A stretch of DNA of 64,000 nt from NCBI RefSeq assembly GCF_963921235.1, contig NC_086097.1, forward strand, positions 53,632,001-53,696,000, in the 5' to 3' direction. The translations under genes were made by a program, and so were the position numbers. The DNA comes from Mobula hypostoma. Taxonomy: Eukaryota. Positions 24,148 through 34,743 of this stretch are shown piece after piece. Position 1 is the stretch's first letter. Each line of letters begins with the position of its first letter. Below the pieces are notes generated by a model. The model was not told where the DNA came from, did not search any database, and saw only the letters and a list, made by a program, of their open reading frames with translations.

Positions 24148-27100
24148 AAATAATCTGTGCTGGCTTCAACTCCTCTTCTGTGCCAGCTTCCCATAATTGT
24201 TAACCTTATAAAATCTTCTTCATCTCTACCTCTAACGAACTGGCTTCCACCATCCTTGGGGCAAAGAATTCCAGAAATTAACTAGCCAGAGAAAAGACAT
24301 TCCTAATCAGCTCATTTTTAAAAGAGCAGCCCCTCATTTTATGCCCTTGCTTCAATTCTCCCACTAGTGGAACATCTCACCATCTACCCTTTCAACCCCT
24401 ATTAGGAACTTATATGCATTTGAATAAGGTTACCTGTCATTCATCTAAACTCCAAGGACTACCAAACAAATGATTTAGTGAAACTTGAAGACAATCCTCT
24501 CATCACAGGAATTAGCCTCATGAATCTCTCTTGCACTGCCTCCAAAGCTCCTAGATCCCTAAATCCTTTTTTTCTTTTTAGGTCAATAATAACAATGGAT
24601 CCTCAATCCTTTGAGTTTACCTGAATAAAGAATAAATATAGCATCCCTACTCACCAAAAATAATTTGGAAAGGTAAGCATTACAGTTGCTAATCCCTCAT
24701 TTTTTTTCCTCAAGAATCTCCCAATGGTCGTTAAAGGAGTTCAGGAGAAATTTGCTGTTAGTTGTTTACTCACACATGTAATCAGTAGGTTGTTATCTGC
24801 AGCCAATTAGTGGGCTATTTGTCCCACACATTATGGTATGGTGTGTGCAGAAGTCCAGCAAAAGGATTGGTCGAAGAGGAGGCACACCTGGATGTATTAA
24901 CAACTCATTTAAAGAGAGGAAAGGGTACTGGCCTTTACATATGCTGATGATAGATACGATTATGGTGTGATTATTTATCACTGGGAAAAGATTTCTTGTA
25001 AAAACTAAGAAATTAATAATTAAGGTTATAATATTAAGATTATAATTTCTTTCTTCCAAAGTGCTAATGTTCTGTGTTAATACCTACCATAGAAAACCAG
25101 TAAGAGAGAACTATAAAACAATTTTTTTTTGTCAAAGAAACAAGATATTTTGTGAAGAGCATTTGGAAGATATTTGACAACCAATAGGAGTTAAAAAGGA
25201 GCAGGCAATCACAAACAGTTGCAGCAAAGAAACTTAATTAAGCTTAAAATGGGGCTGGGATGTACATATAAGAAAAAGTCAAGAAGGACAGATGAATGAC
25301 CAGTGGCTCATTACAACCTAAAACAATGAGTGAAGTGGAGAAAGATAAATGACAATGGAATGGGAAGAATGTATGACTTATTCACCCAACATTGCTGAAT
25401 TACAACTCTGGCATCATTTTCTTTTAAGTATCTAATTAATACAACAACCTATTCTCTTGTTTTTCTATGCTTGCTCTTTCTATTCTCACCATTCTCTCCT
25501 CCAACAGTTTATGAAGAAACCTTCATGAAAAAAGAGTTAATCTATGTGAAATATGCTTTTATGAATGGGTTGAATAATATTTGCAAACTGTATCTATTGG
25601 GTATCAGGAGATTTTGTGTTAGATGATTAGATGCTTTGTGACCTCTAGCTCAGGTTTATAGTCCTACTTGTAATAGAACATGCCAAAATTTAATGCTATT
25701 TTAATTTACATTTTAAGCTGCAATTGCAATCTGCTGAACTTTGGCTGAGGTTATTTTGTGTGAATGTCTAAGATCAGTTTTGGGTGCCCTATTGTAATAA
25801 TGTTCAGAGATCTGAACAAGAAATACCTTTGCACTATAATAGTGATATTGAAAGCATGTGGTTCAGTGCTAACATTGCCTCCTCCAATAGTGAATGGATA
25901 GAACTACCAGTTATTCTGGATGAAAACTAACACAGAAATAGCGCATTTCTTGTGTAAATTGAAGTGTGAAACAGATTCTTATTGATTAAAAGGGTGAAGG
26001 TGTTGACAGGACCACACTGAAACAAAGCATGAGCAATTAGAGTGTAGTTATCCCTTAACTCCAAAGTCTTTGGATTCATCCATAGATAGCCATTGGTATT
26101 CCAAAGTTTAAAAAAAATTAAATATTGTACAACTAAAAAAAATTACTATCACATTTTATTTCTATTACTTAACTTGAATTTTTTGGAGTGAAGCCCATTT
26201 TAAGATGAATTGAACTGCTGAATGAATGCAGCTGCATTCAGAACTTTTAATAACTTTAGGCAACAGGCCTGCATGTGTATTGCTGGGATTAAGTGTCCGT
26301 TTTGACTAACATGACATGTTTAAAATTTTTTGCAGCTTTACTTAATGGAATTTTAATTTGCAGGGAGGTCAATGACAATGCCATCTGAAGCATCTATATG
26401 TCTGGCAGACCGAGCCCACGTTGACCTCAGTTCATCTTCTTCATGCATTTATAAGACAAAAACAGACGTGTCTGAAAGAAGAAAAGAATGGCATTATGTC
26501 CATATACTAATTTTCCCCGAATTTTCTTCTGGGGTTTCCCAAGTCCCAGCGTCTTACACCGGCACACCTGCTACACAGCCACTAGAGGTACTGCGAAACA
26601 TCCTTCTAACTGTAAGGGGCCAAACTTCCAACTTATTGTACTGTCCCCCGGGCTGCTCACATTCCACATTTTGGTTCTAGCATGAAGGATGTTGTTTTAA
26701 ATCATAATAGTAACCAGGCTGTAATCACATTATAGCACACATGGAGAACTCGCAAAGATCATGTGTTTCAGATTTGACATTCTGATTTATGGTTGTGTGG
26801 CTGCAGTTACACAGCTGCAATCTCATTTCTGAACAAAGATGGTTTTTATTTTTCTATTACTTTTTTTCTAACCCATTCCATCCAGTGGGGGGGGGGGGGA
26901 GCTGCTCACCACCAGTTAAAGTCACAACACAGGCACAATCATGCTTGTTCTTTTCACTTGGTAATAACATTATGTACCCTGTAGAATAGTGATAGTACTT
27001 CTTAATAGGCAGATATTTACCAATAATCATTCAAATCATTCCAAAAGAAAATTTTACACAAGTTGATCTTTCATAGTTGTTTATAACTGTAACTGATCAC

Positions 27101-27657
27101 AACAAAAATAAAACCCTTCTATTTTTACAGTTTTCATTAAATTTATTTTACCTCAGTAATAATTAGAAGACTGGTCTGGGCTAAGCAAACTTAACTTGAT
27201 CTGATATTGAACTAATCCTAAAAGGTGCTGGTTTTTAATTAAACCAACAGGAATATTAACTACAACATTTTTCAGGGACTGTTCCAGAAACAAGTAGGAA
27301 GGATCAGAGCCAAAATCAATTGCTTAAAAATGGTTCATTTGTATTCAATAAATGAAAACACTTAAGGAACAGGGAGAGTCTGACAATATCTGGACCTTGT
27401 ACACTTTGAGGCATGCTGTAGCACCTGTGGCAAAGAACTTGGGCAATTACTTAAGAACGATTTTCTAGTCTCAGACATCCTTTGATGGCAGCTGAAAATC
27501 TTATTCGGGCCAACAATAATCAGCCAACTCACCTGCAGCTTGGAGAAATAGCAGCCTCTGACAGCTCACATTACAGGAGGCAATATTTGTATTTGCCCCT
27601 GGGGTTAATTTGGTTCAATCAATACAGGAAAGAAATAGTTTCAGAGATGGATGTCCA

Positions 27658-28530
27658 TGTTACTCCTCTTCCATAGAGCCCTGCTGGCCTTGGAGTCGGG
27701 TCGCCCCGGTGGCTATGTTGCGAAGCATAATTTGTCCGCCACTTCATTGCTCTATATATTCCATTCTGAATGAGAATTCCATACATCCATGCCAATTCCT
27801 CTCCTTAACTCAATATTCACAGTCAAGTGACCTGATCTGTGAACAAGCAATAGGATGAATCCCATCCATTATATATCCATAGAACAAGGCATCCCAGAGC
27901 TACTCTATGTGGGTATATTGAGTTAGGGTTGGGGTAAAATGTAAAGCCAAACGGCGGGTGAACATCGTGCGAAGCTGCGATGCTAAAATGAGTGAGGGGT
28001 AACTGAGCCCATTGAAACACTTCGAAGCACAAATTGTGGAACACGGTTAGACACGCTGTACTAAATTTAGTCTATCAAGGAACTCACTTGTCTCACTGGA
28101 CTTTGCTGATGCTTGGTTGCAGTAGCAACCTATGGGGAAGGAGAAGTTGTTTGAATGAGGAGTGGGTATCACTTCCCCCTTGAAGAAGTGTAACTGGGAG
28201 CAAACACAATCACTCCGTATCTGACAGAGGGGCTTCACCATTGGACTGTGTCACAAGGGATGACAGGGGCAGAAGAGGGAACAAAGGCGCTCTGTAGTAG
28301 ACTCAGCGCCCGAGGTCGTTTCTTTAGATAAATATTGTATTGCTTGGGTTCCCTTGAGTACTGACCAAATTGACTACTGCTTTAAAGTTATTGTGCACCT
28401 TCTCCAGATCCTGAATTAAACACAACAGGAGTTGTTTTTTTTTTGTATAAATTGCCCTCATACTTTAGGGAGGAGACGATTAGATATCATTGACAACTAT
28501 ATATCTTATTTAATCCTCAAATATTGTACA
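27658..28530 (-). mobile_element. Candidate solo LTR or LTR fragment
   Basis: A relatively CpG-rich non-coding block whose minus-strand end, ...GGAAGAGGAGTAACA, resembles a Gypsy LTR terminus. The other boundary is uncertain and there is no exact TSD. Confidence 0.3.
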
Positions 28531-29477
28531 TCAAATAAAACACAGTAGAACGGCCACCTAGTACCGTCTAAAGCAGGGGGAAGGAGGATATGCTCCACAG
28601 AAGGTGGATGGTGTGAAAATTATGTACACCATTACCATTTTCTTTAGCAGTATCAAAAATTCAATAAAAACTCTTAAGACTAAGCAATTCTGTCATGATG
28701 TTATGAGATAGATTTAAAACTACAAAGCTATTAACAAATCTTTTTTTCCAATGATGTTCTATGGGAAATTATCCATTTCAATGTGTCACATTTCGGTATG
28801 GAAACTTCTGTTGGCACTGCACTGATGTCAAGTGATGTTAAATGCGTGATTAACACCACTGTCAAAGTCTTCCAGTGTGAATATACACCTTGCAGGCAGC
28901 ATTGATAGAGTGGTGCAGACAGCAGAGGTGCTGCCTCACAGTGCCAGAGAGCTGAGTTCAATCAGGAGCTCTATGTGTGAGAAGATCGCACAATCACCCC
29001 ATTTGTTTGGAGTTTGGCAGTAAGAAAATGTCGACAAGCAGAAGAAGCTGAGTTGAAGTCAATCATCTCCCCTCGCAGTCTTTTTTTCTTGGCGAGCACT
29101 TTGAGCACCATGATTAGATAATGGCAAAGTTGCCTCAAAGTGAGTTCCTGTTTTGTATGCAGCTTTAGAAACAATATTCTCTACAGTATCACAGAGAGTC
29201 TTTGCATTTCTGTGGCACGTGACACATGCTGTGTGTTAGAATATCACTTTCCTCCATGAGTACCTTCACAAAGAGCATGCCAAAGGCCCTCCAAATGCAG
29301 CAGTTAGTTACTGGTAGAATCATTAAACATGTTCCAGCGTTCATATTGTACAAAACAATGATTCTCTGCTTAGGGCAATAAGTAAGTGGTAATATCAAAT
29401 ATGTGTAGCCAGGGGAGAAGTACACACTCAGGATAACACATACATTTTCAGGTTTTAATTCCTTTATCTGTTTTAGA

Positions 29478-30335
29478 TGTTTTAGTGCCGGAAGAGGGTC
29501 TCAAAACAAAGCGAACGAATTTATAACCAGTTCCTGCTGTCACAATCTCAGTTTAACTTTCGATCCACACCCTTGTGCATCGACGAATTGTGTATGCAGT
29601 ATAAAAATACATAAAGCAAACCGCACAAAACTAATACAGAACTAATGCAAAACTAATTCGGAACTAATACGGTAGTGGCAATTCTGAAGGAACACGATAC
29701 AAATAATATTAGAATCCCACCAAGCCTGTACCTTATAATTAGCAGCGAAAGTGTAAGCAAATACATCTCATCTAAGACGTCTACTCCCTTTTAGCACACA
29801 CATGCTTAACTTCCAAACAGATACTAAACATTCACATTACGCTGTTACATTCACAATCAGTCATGATACAATAAAGTTAGATGAAAGGTACAATTTGGCA
29901 CAACTTTTACAAGATATTGCCTGGTAGTTAAATTACAGGAAGACTGACCTACTTGGCCGGTAAGGAACTTTGCACAAGCCATGCTATCCAGCGCCGATGC
30001 CTTCACTCGTGAAGATCTAAAGCATCCATGTGTAAAACATGTCAAATTACTGATATTCTCAATTTGACAACAAGCATAAATGAATTCACATGGATATCGT
30101 CAATTAACACTCACCTTTCCTCACCATGCCCAGTACCTCTGGGAGGAACTTAATCCCAAAGCCCCAACAGCTTCTTCTGCCATAAACAAAAATGGTCTCC
30201 CCACTAGCCTGTGCGTGTGTAATGACATCACCGTCTCCACTTAAAGGCACAGGCAACTATTCTAGCACTACCCGGATGGATGCCTAAGTACACTTCTAAT
30301 GATAATGAATAAGATTTGACGGTCAACCGCTTACA
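29478..30335 (-). mobile_element. Candidate solo LTR (Gypsy or BEL type)
   Basis: The minus strand begins TGTAAGCGG and ends ...CTAAAACA. It retains CpG, has no ORF and has an internal repeat of about 11 bp (AACTAAT x4, 29627-29670). Flanks are TAGA / TATA (1 mismatch). Confidence 0.45.
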
Positions 30336-30379
30336 TATAAAGTCCTTAGAATTAGAGTACTAGCAGCAAATTGGAGACA

Positions 30380-31480
30380 GTTATACAAAATTATAAGAGG
30401 TATAGATAGGAGAAATGCAAGCAGAGTTTTTTCATTGAGGTTCAGTGAGCCTACAACTAGGGGTCATGGGTTAAGGGTGAAAGGCGAAACATTTAAGAGG
30501 AACATGAGGGAAACTTATTCAGTCAGAGGGTCATGCCAATTTGGAGAGTTTGAGAATGGCTTCTTTGGCCGAGAAATCCAGGTCCGAAGTGAATCAGCTG
30601 GAGTAATTTGCCACAGCGAGGCCCAAGTCCTAATGCAAGGTACATTACGCTCTTTGGACAATCTAAACACTGGCCCAGATAGACTGGAAAGGCAGTGTGT
30701 TGAGGGCCAGACAATCTGAACGCCGGCCCAGATAAACGGGACAGGCAGTGTGTCGAGGGCCGGGCAAGGTTGGATCGCTCTAAGTGCCGAGATGATTTGG
30801 AAAGGTTCAGAATGGCTTCTCCAGCAGGGAAATCTAGGCCCGGAACGACTTGTCATGGTTCCTAGTGTGAGGTTCAGACAATTTAAATGCCAGCCCAGTT
30901 AGTCTGGGGGCTCATCTCTCTGCAATGCTCAGGCTGTGCGACTGCCCCCAGCTGCTGTGCTTTGTGTCTGTGAACTTTACATTAACTTGCCCTGCTAAAA
31001 TGATGAACTGAATACCGAGGCTTTGGGCCTGCTCTGGGGATTTGGACCTAAGGACTCAAATTGGTTCGGAATGCTGTTGTTGTTGCTCATTTCTATTGTT
31101 TGCATGATTTGTTTTTTTGTCTTTCTCTGTGGGCTCTGGGGGGTTGGTTTTATTTTTTTTAATTGGGTCCTTTTAGGTTCCTTACTTTGTAACTGCCTGT
31201 TAAGTAAAGGAATCTTAAGGCTGTGTAATTTATATATTCTTTGATAATAAATGCACTTTGAATCTTTAAATCTTTGAATGAGAATGTGGAGCAAGCTGCC
31301 AGCACAACTGGTGCATGCGAGTTCGATTTCAATGTTTAAGAGAAGTTTGGATAGGTACTTGGATGGTAGGGGTATAGAGGGGTATGGTGCAGGTCGACGG
31401 AACTAGGAAGTTTAAATGTTTTGGCATGGACTAGATGGGCCAAATAGCCTTTTTCTGTGCTTACTTTTCTATGACTCTAA
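30380..31480 (+). mobile_element. CR1 3' end split by a SINE-like insertion (about 30532-31278)
   Basis: CR1 TRGHGLRVKGETFKRNMR breaks at about 30531 and resumes at about 31279 (GAGAATGTGG...). The insert ends AATAAATGCACTTTGAATCTTTAAATCTTTGAAT. Confidence 0.75.
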
Positions 31481-31486
31481 ATATAG

Positions 31487-31795
31487 TGTGGTATGGTAAT
31501 GTAACTGTTAGAGAATCGCTTTACAGTTCCAGCTCTCACCAGTCAGGGTTCTCTTTCCGTAAGGAGTTTGCATGTTCTCCCCTGAACAGATGGGTTTCCT
31601 CTGGGTGCTCTGGTTTCCTGTCACATTCCAAAGACATTTAGGGTTAATGAGTTGCGGGCAGCTTATTTTGACACTGGAAGCATGGTGACACTTGCAGGCT
31701 GCCCCACACAATCCTTGCTGATTTGATCTAATGTAAATGATGCATTTCAGTACATGTTTCAAAATACATGTGACAAATAAAATTAATCTTTTAAT
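31487..31795 (+). mobile_element. V-domain SINE with Rex-like 3' tail
   Basis: Contains GTAAGGAGTTTGCATGTTCTCCC…GGGTTTCCTCTGGGTGCTCTGGTTTCCT…CCAAAGAC and the tail GTGACAAATAAA. Confidence 0.7.
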
Positions 31796-32842
31796 GTAGC
31801 AGTAGGACTTCACACACCGACGGTTCTAGAAGGGTGTTTATGTCAGGTTCTGTGGAAGCTGCCCGCCTGCGAGGAGTTAATAAATACATTGGGCCATTCT
31901 TCATTGCACCAGATCAAAATATGATGTGATGCCTTCAGTGCTCATTCCTGATCAGAATCAGGTTTATTATCACTGGCATGTGAGGTGAAATTTGTCAACT
32001 TAGCAGAAACAGTTCAATGCAATACATAATCTTCAGAGAGAAAAAAGATAATAATAAATAAAATAAAACAAATAATAACAATAATAAACAAACAAGCAAA
32101 TCAATTATGTATATTGAATAGATTAAAAAAATGCAAAAACAGAAATACTGTATATTAAAAAAAATGAGGTAGAGTCCAAAGATTCAATGTCCATTTAGGA
32201 ATCGAATAAATAAAAACAGCTGCCTTACAAAATAGATTCAAATGAAAAGCTTGTTTGAGGGTGGCATTCTGACGACAGTCATTTTTCTGACAACATCTCT
32301 AAATTTGCAGTTACAATGTTTAAAATGTCACCTTATAACTAAACCATAGACTCAAAAGCAATTCTGGAACATCATACATATTCCCTAGTGCAACATCTCA
32401 TCACTTTTCAATAATTTTAGAATTTTTTGCCACCAGCACTACAGTTAGACATTCACTCTGCCAGTGACCCATCGGGAGATCAGAAGCCAGAGAGGAGGGA
32501 ATTTCACTCGAGTCCATTGACCGAGTGTAAAAGGCAGCAACTCATGGCAGTTTGTTTGGAGCTGTCACCAGCAACCAATCAGCATTAGCAAGAACAAATT
32601 AAAAGAAGGCAGGGGCAAGCACAACAGCCAACGTTGGAGTGGCTATCATTAGAGTGTACAGAGCTAGGTTGGTGATTTTGAGGATTTAGCTCTTGGAGGC
32701 TTCAGTTCTGAGAAAGCAAAAAAGAAAAGCTCTAGGTTAGACGCAAACAACAGGAATTCTGCAGATGCTGGAAATTCAAGCAACACACATCAAAGTTGCT
32801 GGTGAACGCAGCAGGCCAAGCGGCATCTCTAGGAAGAGGTGC

Positions 32843-32878
32843 AGTCGACGTTTCGGGCTGAGACCCTTCGTCAGGACG
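32843..32878 (-). ncRNA. Minimal hammerhead ribozyme motif
   Basis: The reverse strand reads CGTC|CTGACGA|AGGGTCTCAGCCC|GAAAC|GTC|GACT, with an intact core. Confidence 0.65.
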
Positions 32879-33060
32879 AACTGAAAGTAGAGCTAGTAAG
32901 AGATTTGAAAGCTGGAGGGGGAGGGGGAGATGCAAAATGATAGGAGAAGACAGGAGGGGGAGGGATAGCCTATCCCTCCCCCCTCCTGTCTTCTCCTATC
33001 ATTTTGCATCTCCCCCTCCCCCTCCAGCTTTCAAATCCCTTACTCACTCTTCCTTCAGTT

Positions 33061-33096
33061 AGTCCTGACGAAGGGTCTCGGCCTGAAACGTCGACT
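33061..33096 (+). ncRNA. Minimal hammerhead ribozyme motif
   Basis: AGTC|CTGACGA|AGGGTCTCGGCCT|GAAAC|GTC|GACT, identical to 1495-1530. Confidence 0.7.
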
Positions 33097-34068
33097 GCAC
33101 CTCTTCCTATAGATGCCGCTTGGCCTGCTGCGTTCACCAGCAACTTTGATGTGTGTAGCTCTAGGTTAGAGTTATTTTCCTCCCTTCCGTACATTTGCTC
33201 AGTTAGGACAGTAGAGATGCCAGGGAGGATAGTTGAATGCTTCTGTTACGGATTGCGGGAAGACAGGGAGACCTCCCGTGTCCCTGATGACTACAACTGT
33301 GAGAAGTGCATCCAGCTGCAGCTTCTGACAATCTGTGTTGAGGAGTTGGAGCTGGAACCGGATGAGCTCCGGATCATTTGGGAGGCTGAAGATAGATAGA
33401 GCATACAGAGAGGCAGTTACACCCAAGGTGCAGGAAATAGCTGACCGTTAGGAAGGGGAAAGGGATTAAAGAGCCAGTGCAGAGCACCCTCTTGGCCATC
33501 CTCCTCAACAACAGGTATATCACTTTTGATACTGTTAGGGGAATTGAACTAGCAAAGGAAAGTCACAGCAGGTCAGGTCTCTGGCACTGAGTCTGGCTTT
33601 GTAGCTCAGATGGGAAGAGGTGGAGAAGAGATGTGCTGTGGTGATAGGGGATCAGTTAGTTAGGAGAACAATAAGGAGGTTCTGTGGGAAAGAACTAGAT
33701 TCCCAGATGGTACGTTGCCTCCCAGTTGCTAGGGTTCGGGACATTTCAGATCGAGTCCTCAGCATTCTCAAGTGGGAGGGCGAAGGACAAGAGGTCATGG
33801 TCCACATAGGTACCAATGAAGTGGAAAGGACGAGAGATGAGGTTCTGCGTAGTGAGTTCAGGGAGTTAAGTGCTAAGTTAAATGGCAGGACCTCCAGGGT
33901 TGTGATCTCAGGATTGCTACCCATGCCGTGTGCTAATGAGGCCAGAAATAGAAAGGTTAGACAGTTTAACATGTGGCTAAGGAGTTGGTGTAGAAGGGAG
34001 GGCATAAGATTTTTGGATCATTGGGCTCTCTTCCAGGGAAGGTGGGATCTGAACTGGAGGGGAACTAA

Positions 34069-34743
34069 AGGCTGATTTATACTTCTGCTTAGTAGCCTAC
34101 GCCGTAGCTTACGCAAGTGGACAACGCCATTGTGAGCATTTATACTTGTGTGTTGGTGTGTCTGCATCGCTCTGCAATTCACCGCCAACATGAAGAAACT
34201 CAAACTTCAAACAACGGTGACTGAAACTGAAGGAGGGTGAATTTTCTGTGCTTGTCCGGCCACTGAGAGACATGGACGAGGAAATGCATTTCAAATTTTC
34301 TCGAATGTCGGCAGGTAGATTTGACGATTTGTTTCGTCTCCAGCTACTTATTTCGCATCAGTGTACGCACAGTATACTCAGAGACTGGCAATCACCATTC
34401 GAGTTTTAGCTTCAGGTGGAAGTCAGGCTGTAGCAGCTAGCTACAAGTTGGTGTCAAGCACAGGGTCCTCCATAATTTTGGAGGTCTGTAAAGCTTTATG
34501 GAAAGCATTGCAGCCAGAGTTCCTTCCCTGCCCTTCAGTCGCCCAATGGGAAGCTACTGCAACATAGGAGGAAATGCAATGTTACCAAGCGGACCAATCA
34601 CAGTTGTTGCGGTCTGCGTTGCTGCGACTCATAGTTACAGTTTTGGGGAGGTGCACGTTAGGCTATGACATAGGGTGCGGTGTAGGGTACACGGCTACGC
34701 TGTACCTAGGGCGTCGATTTGACACACAAGTATAAATTGGCCT
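34069..34743 (+). mobile_element. PIF/Harbinger deletion derivative
   Basis: TIRs are AGGCTGATTTATACTT and AAGTATAAATTGGCCT, with a TAA TSD at 34066-34068 and 34744-34746. The interior reads [16 protein letters not shown]...[26 protein letters not shown], a Harbinger transposase N-terminal pattern. Confidence 0.9.

Larger units (their letters stand above)
32742..33156. mobile_element. Penelope-derived palindromic element inserted in the CR1 5' UTR
   Basis: Inverted arms of about 185 bp meet at a single-base centre (GGGATAG-C-CTATCCC, 32969). Perfect 14-bp TSD AGCTCTAGGTTAGA at 32728-32741 and 33157-33170. Confidence 0.9.

Noticed and set aside
27658..30335. A single 2.7-kb LTR or an env-like viral gene
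   Set aside because: The outer flanks (TCCA versus TATA) do not match, the middle contains old SINE remnants, and only short unrecognisable ORFs are present.
34361..34567. Host HARBI1-like gene
   Set aside because: A fragment lying between TIRs with a TAA TSD and lacking the catalytic domain.
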